A stretch of DNA of 44,176 nt, taken from NCBI GenBank assembly GCA_004431415.1, contig QPMI01000431.1:1-44176 (forward strand), in the 5' to 3' direction. The translations under genes and the position numbers were made by a program. Each line of letters starts with the position of its first letter. The stretch's first letter is position 1. Below the pieces are notes generated by a model. It saw only the letters and a program-made list of their open reading frames with translations. It did no database searches and was not told where the DNA came from. Shown one piece after another: positions 1 to 9,375 of this stretch. Source of the DNA: Cyanophora paradoxa CCMP329. Taxonomy: Eukaryota; Plantae; Glaucophyta.

Positions 1-193
1 GCTTCAAAGGAGTTCGATTCCATGCTGGGGAAAATATCAGACTGACATTCAGTCTAAGCACCATGGTCGTTACTTTAAACGACACAGCACCGCAGAAGAG
101 GCCGCCCCGATTATGATCGCATGGCGAGACTCTGCATGGTGCACAGGCCCATCTCAACTTTCCTACGCAAGACCCGAGACTTGCGGAAGTTAG
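1..193 (+). CDS. C-terminal AP2 DNA-binding domain, probably of an HNH-AP2 endonuclease (5' truncated, frameshifted)
   Basis: Manual reading across frameshifts gives FKGVRFHAG...HSTAEEAA-DYDRMAR-HGAQAHLNFP, the AP2 signature (GV...TAEEAA.AYD..A...G..A.LNF). End coordinate is approximate. Confidence 0.6.
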   Translation, partial: LQRSSIPCWGKYQTDIQSKHHGRYFKRHSTAEEAAPIMIAWRDSAWCTGPSQLSYARPETCGS

Positions 194-1204
194 AGATCAT
201 GCGAGAGCGTCTTGTCCACCGTGCCGTCGTCCGGACCACGAGATTTTCTCCGTTGACGTCTCGCCCTCCAGTACTCCTTGGATCCGATCGGACGGGGCGG
301 CTCCTCGGCCTTGTAGACGTAAGGACGTCCAGGGGGTTCGTAGAGTTTTGGAAGAATCGATGATAAGGCAGTGGTTATCCTGCGTGTACTTATCGAGCAG
401 GTAGTAGAAGGCGCGCTGGGAGATGATGTCGCCCCACTCCTTTGCGAGGGCCTCGCGCTGCATCGCCTGCGAGCACTTGAAAATGACAGCCAGATCAGTA
501 TTGGAGCGCAGGACGGATTGATGCCCTTGCATACTGCGTCGTGATAAGGGTCATGATTTGTAGTGGCGCCCCGCCACGAACAGCTCGTTGAGGCCTCGTC
601 GTACGCAGCCGCGAGTCGGAAATCACGTCGTCGAGCAGCACGAAAATCGCGGATCGACGGATCTTCCTTTCCGGCCAGCACGTCTTCCGACTTGTTGTGC
701 TGCATGATCGCCTGCTGCCTTCTGAATAAATGGAAGAGCACCCCCGGGTTGTACTTGGGCCAGATGAAGCGCTGCGGGATGTACTGCTTCCAGTACCCGT
801 TCAGGCGATCGGTCTGGCTGATCACGATACCCCCGGAAGGTGCCGAGAGGTTGAACATGAGATCGCGAAGGAAAAGGACTTGCCCGTGCGCCGCTTGCCG
901 ACGCAGACGACGGTGGCGTCCGGCTTGACGGTGTTCACGTCGAACCACTTAAGTTCGGGAGGCAGGCCATGCGCTCGATGCCGCCCGTCTTCGAGTTGTC
1001 GAGGAAGGCGTTTACTGCTCGGGCGTGAGCTGCATGCCGTCCTCTGTCATGCCCATCGCGCAGCTGGCGCCGGCGGCGGGGGCGTGCCCGAGCCCGAGCC
1101 GGTGGCCTGGCCGGCGGGGGCGGGGCCGCGGGCGCTGTGCCCTGGGCTGGGCGGCCTGGGCTTGGCCGCCTTCGGCTTCTTCGGCTTCTTGGGTCCTTGG
1201 CCAT
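190..1204 (-). CDS. A32-like (FtsK-HerA superfamily) genome packaging ATPase, multiple 1-nt frameshifts
   Basis: Stitched reading: VVCVGKRRTGKS (Walker A, ~877-915), LRDLMFNL, FVLLDDVISD (Walker B), LFVAGRHY, LITTQY, LRSNTDLAVIF. N-terminus is low-complexity K/P-rich and starts at ATG 1204. Confidence 0.9.
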
Positions 1205-1240
1205 TTTACCCCTTCATTCAGATTTTCTTGTGACCTCGGG

Positions 1241-1715
1241 ATGAAGATTCTCGGCGTGGATGTGGGGGTCATTAATTTCGCCTGGTGCCTCATCGAATTC
1301 GATCCGCAGACAAAGAATCCCAGATTCTCGACTGGCAAAAGATCGCCCTCTTCCCGTCTGCGCGCTGCTGTGGCCGCCTGTTGCGCGCCTGGTTGAGGTT
1401 ACTCGCGGCCATAGCGCCTTCGGCCTTCCCGACCAGATCGCGATCGAGGGCCAGAGGACGGGAATCAATCGCTGCATCGAGTGCACGCTCCACGCCCTCC
1501 TGTACGGGCGTGCGCGCATCGTGAGCCCGCGCGCCATCAAGCACTTCTTCAAGATCTCGAACCCGAGCTACAAGGAGCGCAAGCGCGGCGCCGTGGACAA
1601 GTGTCGCGACCTTGTACCCGCCGAGCTCGCCGGCATCGCGGATCGAAACGGCAAGCTAGACGACCTCTGCGACGCCTACTTAATCGCCCTCTACGCCGCC
1701 CTCAATCCGTTGTGA
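1241..1715 (+). CDS. RuvC-like Holliday junction resolvase (poxvirus A22 type), frameshifted
   Basis: MKILGVDVGVINFAWC (catalytic D), IAIEGQ (catalytic E), YKERKRGAV, KLDDLCDAYL (C-terminal acidic pair). Confidence 0.85.
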
Positions 1716-1747
1716 TCCCATTGTGATTTCTAGGCCCCGCCCGCCAG

Positions 1748-1912
1748 ATGGGATCCTCGTGCCGCAAGCCCAGGCCCCTCTGCTGCGAAATCTGCCGCCT
1801 GTCGCAGACCAAGCGCGGCTGGGTGCTCAAGGCGGGCGTCTACGTCTGCTGCGCCCGGTGCGCCGTCCGCTACTACGCACTTTTTTCTGAAGGCTGCTAC
1901 ATCCGTAGCTAG
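1748..1912 (+). CDS. 54-aa Cys-rich putative zinc finger (not in ORF track)
   Basis: MGSSCRKPRPLCCEICRLSQTKRGWVLKAGVYVCCARCAVRYYALFSEGCYIRS*, with two CxxC motifs. Preceded by GATTTCTAG (C at 1730). Confidence 0.5.
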   Translation: MGSSCRKPRPLCCEICRLSQTKRGWVLKAGVYVCCARCAVRYYALFSEGCYIRS

Positions 1913-1916
1913 ATCC

Positions 1917-2309
1917 ATGGAGCACGCCCACTACTGCTTCAAGTGCCGTTCCAACACCAAGCTCGCCAACGTCGAGGTGCGTACCAGCAAGAACAACCGC
2001 CAGGTGGCCGTCGGCTCCTGCACGCAATGCAGCGGCCGGGTCTCGCGCTTCATGCGCCGGGTCCTCGAGGAGGGGGCCCGGGAGACCAGCCCCCCGCCGC
2101 AGCGCCCCCAGGTGGCCCACGCCACTGGCCCGGCCGCCGGCTCGAGCCAGGCACCGGCAGCCCCTACGGTCCCGAAGCCCCCCGCGGCGCCCCGCGCGAG
2201 GAAGGCGGCGGCCCCGGCGGACGACTCGGCGCCCGCCGAGAGCCAAGTCCCGAAGCGCCAGCGCGCGCCGAAGAAGGCGGCGAGCGAGCCTGCGATTCTT
2301 CAGCAGTGA
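1917..2309 (+). CDS. DUF5679-like zinc ribbon with Pro/Ala/Lys-rich tail
   Basis: YCFKCR...TSKNNR...GSCTQCSGRVSRF matches the DUF5679 pattern. Upstream TTTTTTCTGA. Confidence 0.65.
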   Translation: MEHAHYCFKCRSNTKLANVEVRTSKNNRQVAVGSCTQCSGRVSRFMRRVLEEGARETSPPPQRPQVAHATGPAAGSSQAPAAPTVPKPPAAPRARKAAAPADDSAPAESQVPKRQRAPKKAASEPAILQQ

Positions 2310-2354
2310 TTCGGCGGCGCAACTGCCCGGTGCGCCTTTTCTGAAGCTTAGCCG

Positions 2355-2604
2355 ATGGAAGGGATAATTACAGTTCAGACTCGCCGGGGTCCGGTAGACT
2401 AACTTTCCGTCCTGATTCGCAGTGCCACTGCTTCGTCTGCGACTACCCCCCCACCTGCTTCCCGGGCCACCTGCAGTTCGGCCACGAGATCACGGTGGCG
2501 CGCGTGGGCGGGCGGGCCCGCCTCGTCTGCAGGCGCTGCGCGCGCGGCCTCTTCGCCGACTTTCGCAGGATCCGCGACAGGGAGCTCACGGGCAGTATTT
2601 CTAA
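2355..2604 (+). CDS. Small zinc-ribbon protein, frameshifted; end uncertain
   Basis: ATG 2355 follows TTTTCTGA. Stitched reading MEGIITVQTRRGPV-LTFRPDSQCHCFVCDYP-TCFPGHLQFGHEITVARVGGRARLVCRRCARG. Confidence 0.4.
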
Positions 2605-2624
2605 GTCCCTCCCCAAATTAAGAA

Positions 2625-2888
2625 ATGGCCTCCCTGCTGTTCGATAGGGATATGTACCAAATGCGCAACCATTTCGAGGGCATCTACCCGCCTCGCGTGC
2701 CGCAGGAGCAGTTCCCGCGCCCGCACTACACGGACCACCGCACGCACGGGCTGAGCAGGCCGGGGGCCGCCCAGCTGCTGCAGCACCACGGGGGCGCGGC
2801 GGCGGAGCGCGACTGGTCGCCCCTCTGGATTATAGCGGGGATCCTGGTGGGGTACCTCCTCTTCCGACCCAGTGTAATTTCTCAGTGA
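2625..2888 (+). CDS. Small protein with C-terminal transmembrane helix
   Basis: LWIIAGILVGYLLF; upstream TATTTCTAA. Confidence 0.55.
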   Translation: MASLLFDRDMYQMRNHFEGIYPPRVPQEQFPRPHYTDHRTHGLSRPGAAQLLQHHGGAAAERDWSPLWIIAGILVGYLLFRPSVISQ

Positions 2889-2900
2889 TCCCGTACCCCG

Positions 2901-3239
2901 ATGTCTCGATCTGTCCCTTACTGGGCCCCAATTGACACGCAAATTGAGATGCTGCGCGCTCGCATGCAAAAGCTGACGCTAGAGGACGACCCCACGGACG
3001 TGCCCGAGATTAAGGCGGGGTTGGCCACGCTGCCGACGGATATCGTCGAGTACATCCGCGATTGGGTGTACAGGCTGCAAGACGAGGCGCGTGCACGGCT
3101 CTGGCAAATCGTAATGGGGCAGCGGGCGGCGGCCAGCAGGAGCTTCGACGCGCAGAGGGACGCGGCCATGCGCAGGTGGGAGAGGCAGTTCCCCGAGACG
3201 TACGGGGGTGCGAACCCATATTTTTCTGGTGACGGTTAA
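2901..3239 (+). CDS. Hypothetical protein with weak F-box-like segment
   Basis: Upstream AATTTCTCA; LATLPTDIVEYIRDWV resembles the LP.EI...I F-box start. Confidence 0.5.
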   Translation: MSRSVPYWAPIDTQIEMLRARMQKLTLEDDPTDVPEIKAGLATLPTDIVEYIRDWVYRLQDEARARLWQIVMGQRAAASRSFDAQRDAAMRRWERQFPETYGGANPYFSGDG

Positions 3240-3241
3240 AC

Positions 3242-3520
3242 ATGCCGGAGACGCAGAAGAAGCCCGCGAAAAAGGCGCCCACGAACGGGCAGGAGAAGCC
3301 GACCAAGGCCGAAGTGAAGGAGGCGAAGGAGAAGCTGAAGGGACCGCCCGAATTTCCAAAGGGGCCGAAACCGCTGTACGAGGACGTCTCGCCCGGCGAA
3401 ATATTCGTGGCGATGCGCCCGACGAAGCAGGGGAAGAAGGGCGGCGATAAGAAGGACGGGAAGGAAGACAAGGCCAAGACCGATAAAATTTCAAAGCCCA
3501 CCCCTAAGAAGAGCAAATGA
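3242..3520 (+). CDS. Lys-rich basic small protein (candidate DNA-condensing protein)
   Basis: Very Lys-rich 92 aa; upstream TTTTTCTGG; overlaps the next ATG (ATGA). Confidence 0.55.
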   Translation: MPETQKKPAKKAPTNGQEKPTKAEVKEAKEKLKGPPEFPKGPKPLYEDVSPGEIFVAMRPTKQGKKGGDKKDGKEDKAKTDKISKPTPKKSK

Positions 3521-5445
3521 GGGGGCTCGCCTCGCGTTTTGCGCCCCGCAACGTGCTGGCAGTCCCGGGGGGCGGGGACTCGCACATCACGCCCTTCGAG
3601 AGCGATAAGTACGCGCACTTTCAGCAGATGGCCAAAACCGCGCTGCACCGCTCCGACGGGATGCGCGTCGAGGATAGGGCGAAAACCGACAAGCTCGCGG
3701 AGGTGGAGGCGCAGGCCATCGCCAACGCCTACTACATCAACAAATTCAAGGAGATGGAGTCCGGGCTCGACGAGGAGTACGAGGAGGGCTTCCGCTCCTG
3801 GCTGATGGGCCAATCCGCCTTTGCCATCGACGCCGCGAATCAAACGAACCGAAAGGCGCGGGGCGCGGGCGCGTGCGACGTGGACGGCAAGAATTTGACC
3901 ATGCTCCCGGGCGTGCGCGATTTTTGCAAGTCGAAGGAAGACCAGATCACAGAGTTCTTGAAACGCAAAAAGCGACTCGAGACCCTCGGGCCCATGAACT
4001 TGGATGACGCGTACTACTACTACAAGTACATCGTGAACGGCGAGGAGTTCAAACCGACGAGCATTTATGCGCGCGAAAACCTACCGGAGGAGAAGAAGAG
4101 CTACGCGGATAGGAACACCTCGCAGCCGTTCACCCAGGCCGAGCCACCCGGATCGGACGACGAGGGCCCGGGCCCGGACGAGGGCCGGCTGAGGGACACG
4201 CGCGCCGAGATGCGACGCCTGACGGCCGCAATGACCAAGCTCGTTAAGATTGCCGAGGGCAAGGAGCAGGAGGCGCGGATCAGAAAGAGGACAACGCGGC
4301 CATCGATGACAACGGGGCCATCGCTCTGGGTCGAATGCGCGGAGGGGCGCCAAGGAGGCGCTGATCCAGAAGGCGCTGCCGAGTAGGCGCGAACGGCCCG
4401 CAGAAGGCGGCGGGGGCGGGGGCGGTGGCGGCGGGGCGGCGGGGGCGGTGGCGGCGGGGGCGGCGGGGGCGGTGGCGGCGGGGACGACGGCGACGGAGGA
4501 GAGGGTGGCGGCGATGGTGGCGAGCCACAGCCACCGCCCCTTCCTAGCGTCCCCTCAACCCCGGCTCCATCGCCCGAAGCTTCCCCCCCGGCCGCCCCGG
4601 GCACATCCGTGGGAGCGCCCGCGGCCGGTCCTTCTGATGCCGAGCTGACGCCGGCGACGGTAGAGGCCGCGGTGAGGGGGGTGCTGGCTGCCGTGGGCGT
4701 TCCGACTGCGCCGCCGGCGACGTACGCCGCATCGTCCGCGAAGTCGAAAGACCGCAAGCTCAAGAAGGGCATAGATGCGGACGAATCCCGGGAGGCGAGG
4801 CTGGAGTCGCTGGATGCGCTGCGTAGCGCAAAGGGGGCGGCTCTTCTTGCCAAGGCGCGCAGACAGCTGATCACCGACGTGGCGGCCGATGCGGCCCCTG
4901 ACAGTGAGCTCGCGACCGTTTCGGAGTTCATCCAGACGGAGCGGCTGCAGGCGGACGTGATGGAGGCAGAGGCGACGCTTGAGGTACGCAAACGGGCACT
5001 CGAGGAGGCGGCCGAGCGCACACGCAGGCGCCGGTGGGACATTGGCCCCACGGGAGAGGTGATGCCGGCGCCCGCCGCGGGCCCAGTGCGCCCCCAGCGT
5101 GCCCCTCCCGCCCGCAAACAGCGATGGGACGTCGGCCCCGATGCAGCTCAGATTTCGGCGTTTCTCGCGGGCAACCCTGACGCGGAGGAGCGGCGCAGGT
5201 GGTTTGAGGATCAAAAGAGCGTGAAGATCCAGGGTGCCTACAGCAAGGCGCTCAAAGACATACAGAGGCGCTTCGGAAACAATGACGAGGCCCTCGGGAG
5301 CTTCGCGGAAATTGCGATTTCCCGGTACCACGCGGCCAAGGGCGTGCCCGGGCAGATTATTGCCAACGTGCCTGCGCGGCTGCTTCGAGATTATTTCTCG
5401 GGGGACGGGCCCGACATCGATTTTTGGAGGTTTGTGGACGCATAG
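3517..5445 (+). CDS. Hypothetical protein upstream of MCP; one gene split by frameshifts around a poly-Gly/Pro linker
   Basis: Track ORFs 3517-4386 and 4609-5445 join through the GGC-repeat tract at ~4405-4520. ORF 4609 has only a GTG start and no upstream motif. N-terminal domain has FRSWL...LPGV...GPMNLDDAYYYYKY. Confidence 0.6.
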
Positions 5446-5484
5446 GCGCCCATCCACAAAATTTTCTCAACGCACCCCTAAACC

Positions 5485-6942
5485 ATGGCTTCCGCGCTCA
5501 TCTCCACCCCCACGACCGCCCTCGCGCAGTCGCTCCTGAGCTCGAACTCGTCGGTGCACGTGCCCGACTCCTTCGACACGGCGACGCCGTTCGTGGACGA
5601 GGTGCTGGAGGTCAGCCCCGTGCAGGCCTCGCCCAATTTCGACTCCGTGGTCGATTTCGTCGTGCCCCACTCCGGCCCGTTCATCTCCGATGTCTGGCTC
5701 CGGGCGACCCTGCCCGACCTTGCGGACGACACCAAATTTTACCTCCCCAAGGCCGGATTTATTTTGCTCAAGAAGGTCAAGGTGTTCGTTGGGACGCAGC
5801 TCGTGCACGAGTACGAGGGCGCCTACGATGCGATCTACGACGAGCTCGAGCAGGACCGCTCCCTCCCGCACAACGCCAACCTCATCAACGAGTGCTGGGC
5901 GCCCCAGCTCCTTCAGCGCCGCTCCAACCACGGGGCCATGAGCCTCACCATCCCACTGCGCATTCTCAACGGCTTTGGTCGCAAGAACGCCGTGCCCCTC
6001 TACAAGCTCCGCGGCACCGGCAACGACCTGAAGATCCAGATCACATTTGCGCGCCTCAACGAGCTCAACGTCACCTACGCCTCGACCGCAAACCACACGG
6101 CCGGGACCAGCGCCGGCAACCTCGAAAGCGTCAAGCTCATGGTCCGCTACACGCACGTTTCCGCCTACGAGCTGAGCCTCCAGCCCAACAGCGTTACCTA
6201 CCCCGGCAAGTTCATGCAGTCCTACGAGGTCGGCTTCAAGTCGGGCACCGCGATTCGGCTGCCCTTCACCGGAGTTTGCTACGAGCTGGTGGTCGTTGTG
6301 CGCGATGCCACGCCGACGGCGGCGGCCAAGGAGTTCTGGAAGTTCCGGCCCCTCACGAAGATCGGCCTCAAGTGCGATAATATTAAGGTGGTGGACGACT
6401 CCGTCCTGGACGCGAATTTCATCCGCACTGTCATTTGTTCGCGCGAGCACCGCAACGTGCCGACGCGCAAGTTCCTCGAGCTGCTGCAGGGCTTCGCGGC
6501 GTCCACCGACGCGGAGGCGCAAAACCTGATTACGGCGCCCGCCGCCGGGGATGTCGCCTACGACGCAAGGGAGGCCGCGGCGCTCAAGGCCCTCCAGACG
6601 GCGCTCCTTGCCAACCCCTGGTCGGGCAACGACACACCCGTCACGACCGTGGAGACGCAGGACAGGACCAACAGCGACATTGTTCCCGCCTCGACCGCGA
6701 CCGGCCAGTTCGGCGTCGAGTACATCTACTCGCTGCCCTTCGGCACCGAGGTCGGAGACGACACCAAGATGTTCGGCGGCCTGGACTTCGGCGCCTTCAA
6801 GACCGTCGAGCTCACCCTCACGACGGCCAAGACCGGCGCGGGCAACCCTCCCGCTGCCTTCGAGGGTCACGCCACCATCTACTGCCGCTACTACAACGAG
6901 ATCAGCTACGTGGGCGGCGGCGCCTACCGCCGTTTCCAGTAG
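5485..6942 (+). CDS. Major capsid protein, Nucleocytoviricota-type double jelly-roll
   Basis: VDFVVPHSGPFISDVWLRATLP, LLKKVKVFVGTQLVHEYEG, LTIPL...AVPLYKL, LPFTGVCYELVVVVR, YIYSLPF...GGLDF, YYNEISYVGG parallel the NCLDV MCP motifs (I.R.GDL, IGGQ.ID, LPLIAL, FNHP.KEL, YSF...GxLNF, NYN.L). 485 aa with strong codon bias. Confidence 0.92.
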   Translation: MASALISTPTTALAQSLLSSNSSVHVPDSFDTATPFVDEVLEVSPVQASPNFDSVVDFVVPHSGPFISDVWLRATLPDLADDTKFYLPKAGFILLKKVKVFVGTQLVHEYEGAYDAIYDELEQDRSLPHNANLINECWAPQLLQRRSNHGAMSLTIPLRILNGFGRKNAVPLYKLRGTGNDLKIQITFARLNELNVTYASTANHTAGTSAGNLESVKLMVRYTHVSAYELSLQPNSVTYPGKFMQSYEVGFKSGTAIRLPFTGVCYELVVVVRDATPTAAAKEFWKFRPLTKIGLKCDNIKVVDDSVLDANFIRTVICSREHRNVPTRKFLELLQGFAASTDAEAQNLITAPAAGDVAYDAREAAALKALQTALLANPWSGNDTPVTTVETQDRTNSDIVPASTATGQFGVEYIYSLPFGTEVGDDTKMFGGLDFGAFKTVELTLTTAKTGAGNPPAAFEGHATIYCRYYNEISYVGGGAYRRFQ

Positions 6943-7020
6943 TCGCCTAGCTATAGCCCCCGCCCCTGTACGCCGATGTGAACCAATAAATTTTCCCACT
7001 GGGATCCTAACCGAGGCACG

Positions 7021-8130
7021 ATGACGAAGGGCCACTCTATGATGGACATTGGGGAGGGCTCTAAGAAGCAGCGCCAGTCGCTGAAGAACGACCTGAAGGG
7101 CGAGGTGACGGGCATCATCGAGAAGTATGCGCCCGGCACGATCATGCCCGAGGTGGCCGTGACGGATAAAACAAAGGCCGACGTCTACACGCCAGAGGAT
7201 AAGGCCCGTGGTCTGGGGTGGAACGAAGCCGTCGACACCAAGGCCCTGCCGGCCATGAAGTACACCCCGCAGATGGAGAAGCTGATGCGGATGGGCATTC
7301 GACAGCAGCTGCAGAATGCCTACCCCAACCGCCAGATCAACGAAGAGGACGTCGAGAATGCGTTCGCGCTGCGGAAGGAAATCATGATTCGCGATTTCGA
7401 CCAGTGGGCGATGACGGCCTTCGACCTGAAGCAGCCGGGTGTCGCGAAAATGCTCGAGGAATATTACCCAGAGCTGCTTGAGAGAATTACGAACATGATC
7501 GAGCAGGATATCGAAATTCAGCGGTTCGATAAATACCAGAAGGTTTTCTTCCCGATGAATTACGATGATCTCGTCATGAAGTGGGCGCGCGAGCGCGGCT
7601 GGATCAAGACGATGGAAGAAATCGAGAAGGAGAACCTGCTCGGCCCCGTGGGCCGCTACGGCTCTGCCAACCTTCGCGCCGGTTACACGCCCGACCTGTC
7701 CCCCATGTTCAACGCCCAGACCGCGCAGATCAGCGGGCCGGGCAACCTCCCCTACGGTCGGAAAGACATCGATTTCAGCAAGGGCAATCCGTTCAACGCC
7801 ATTCTCATGGACCAGCACGGCACGCGGGGCCCGGCCATGGCCACGGCGGTCCCGTATGCGGACCAGAACCTGCTCCCGTCGACCGTCAACCCCATGCCAG
7901 ATCTCGGGGAAGCCCAGGCGGATATGGGGCTAAGGAGCGGGATTGCGGAGGCGAGGGGCAAGGGCTCCGTTGCCGGGTCGACGGCGACACAGCTGGGGCT
8001 TCGGGCGACAATCCAGAATCTCGTTGGCGTCACGGCGTCAAGGCAGTCGCAAGTGCGGACCCAGATTGCCTCGAACATGTCAGAGGCGTACAAGCTGGCG
8101 GCGGACCAGTACAGGCGGATGAATACCTAG
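7021..8130 (+). CDS. Hypothetical protein downstream of MCP; probable distant paralog of the 3517 N-terminal domain
   Basis: 369 aa, upstream AAATTTTCC. FDQW...YPE-x-FPMNYDD aligns without gaps to LPG-x-GPMNLDD of ORF 3517. Confidence 0.7.
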   Translation: MTKGHSMMDIGEGSKKQRQSLKNDLKGEVTGIIEKYAPGTIMPEVAVTDKTKADVYTPEDKARGLGWNEAVDTKALPAMKYTPQMEKLMRMGIRQQLQNAYPNRQINEEDVENAFALRKEIMIRDFDQWAMTAFDLKQPGVAKMLEEYYPELLERITNMIEQDIEIQRFDKYQKVFFPMNYDDLVMKWARERGWIKTMEEIEKENLLGPVGRYGSANLRAGYTPDLSPMFNAQTAQISGPGNLPYGRKDIDFSKGNPFNAILMDQHGTRGPAMATAVPYADQNLLPSTVNPMPDLGEAQADMGLRSGIAEARGKGSVAGSTATQLGLRATIQNLVGVTASRQSQVRTQIASNMSEAYKLAADQYRRMNT

Positions 8131-8140
8131 AACCCCCGCT

Positions 8141-8150
8141 AATTTCTAAC
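8141..8150 (+). promoter_or_regulatory. Representative instance of the element-wide upstream motif WWTTTC(T)RR
   Basis: AATTTCTAAC with its C 19 nt before ATG 8165; about 20 similar instances precede other starts. Confidence 0.7.
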
Positions 8151-8164
8151 GCACACGCAAGCAC

Positions 8165-8494
8165 ATGGCAGCGGCGGAGGCGACGCTGGGCGAGCAGATC
8201 GAGGCGCGCTGGGGCCGCTTCCTCGACCTGCTGGAGCCGGAGGCCAAGGAGCCGGGGGTGCGGGCGCAGATTCAGTCGCTGCGCGGAATAGGCGCCACGG
8301 CGGTCATCGTTCTATTTAGGAGGCACATCAACGCGGAGGCCGAATTAATTAAGGCGCGGGACGACGGAGTTTTCGAGAAGCTGCCGCAGGAGTACGCCTC
8401 GGCCGTGCGCTCGCTCTTCTACGGAAGCGGACCCGAGCTGCGCGAGAAACTGTGGCTTTACATCGAGCTCTTCGTCGAGCTGACATCAGAGTAA
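8165..8494 (+). CDS. Small helical protein resembling a conserved NCLDV family
   Basis: IVLFRRHI...IKARDDGVF...REKLWLYIELFVEL resembles the I..F...I...DE.FF...K..IW.Y pattern recalled from NCLDV hypotheticals. Upstream AATTTCTAA. Confidence 0.55.
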   Translation: MAAAEATLGEQIEARWGRFLDLLEPEAKEPGVRAQIQSLRGIGATAVIVLFRRHINAEAELIKARDDGVFEKLPQEYASAVRSLFYGSGPELREKLWLYIELFVELTSE

Positions 8495-8517
8495 ATTTCT
8501 AAGGGGCAAGCGTAACG

Positions 8518-9321
8518 ATGGACCCCTCGGCGATGCTGGGCTTCGACGCGCTGGCCGTGGACGGGCCGAACCCGGTGGGGATCCCGCAGCCTCGGAAGAA
8601 GGGCCGCCCCGCGAAGGAAGGCAAGGAAAAGGGCGAGAAGGCGCCGAAGGCAGACAAGACGTCGCTGCCGGGCGACGGGCCCACGGTGCCGCCGACGGCG
8701 CCGAGCAAGGGCGCGAGCTTCAGCGTGCAGGAGCACATCGAAATGACGAAAAAGAAGGAGCAGAGCGTGAAGAAGGCGCTGGGGATCGACCTGCAGGAGA
8801 AGCCGCGCGACGAGGCGCAGACGGACGTGGACGAGAAGAAGCAGGTTCTGCGGCAGATCGCGCAGTACAGGCGCTCGTTCGGGGGCGAGCTGACGTCCAC
8901 GAAAAAGCTGAGCCTCGCGACGCCGCTGGACGAGCTGAAGGAAGAGTACGAGGAAATTCAGCGCGAGCTGAGCACGCGGGGTTCGCTGGAGGCGGCGCGC
9001 CTCTTTCTGATCGCGGGCATGCACTCGCTGGAGCACCTTAACAAAGCGTACGATCCGATCGGCCTGAAGCTCGACGGGCTCGGGCAGGCGACGCTCTCTT
9101 CCATGGACCAGGTGCAGCCGATCTTAGAGGAGCTGGTGATTAAGTACTCGCGCTACGTGACCCTGGGGCCCGAGGCGCGCCTGGGGATGGCCCTTGTGCA
9201 GACGGTGCTGGCGGTGCACGCGGCCAACGCGAACCCGGAGATGATGAAGGAGGTGACGGAGGCGGCGGCCTCGACGGCGGCGGAGCCCAAGGCGGTGGGC
9301 GGCAAGTTCAACGGCCTTTGA
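8518..9321 (+). CDS. DUF5767-like conserved Nucleocytoviricota protein
   Basis: LEHLNKAYDPIGLKLDGL...ILEELVIKY...GPEARLGMAL...VHAAN matches E.LN..YDP..LKLDGW...FEELY.KY...PE..L. Upstream AATTTCTAA. Confidence 0.7.
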   Translation: MDPSAMLGFDALAVDGPNPVGIPQPRKKGRPAKEGKEKGEKAPKADKTSLPGDGPTVPPTAPSKGASFSVQEHIEMTKKKEQSVKKALGIDLQEKPRDEAQTDVDEKKQVLRQIAQYRRSFGGELTSTKKLSLATPLDELKEEYEEIQRELSTRGSLEAARLFLIAGMHSLEHLNKAYDPIGLKLDGLGQATLSSMDQVQPILEELVIKYSRYVTLGPEARLGMALVQTVLAVHAANANPEMMKEVTEAAASTAAEPKAVGGKFNGL

Positions 9322-9375
9322 TTGTAAACGCTTGTAATCAATTGCACCAGAGAATTTACAATTTATTCGTCTAAA

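Noticed and set aside
4101-5457. Pro-rich minus-strand ORFs (4101-5117, 4555-5457)
   Set aside because: Antisense to the poly-Gly-containing plus-strand gene.
5467-7818. 783-aa minus-strand ORF
   Set aside because: Antisense shadow of the MCP and next gene, caused by high GC3; no motifs.
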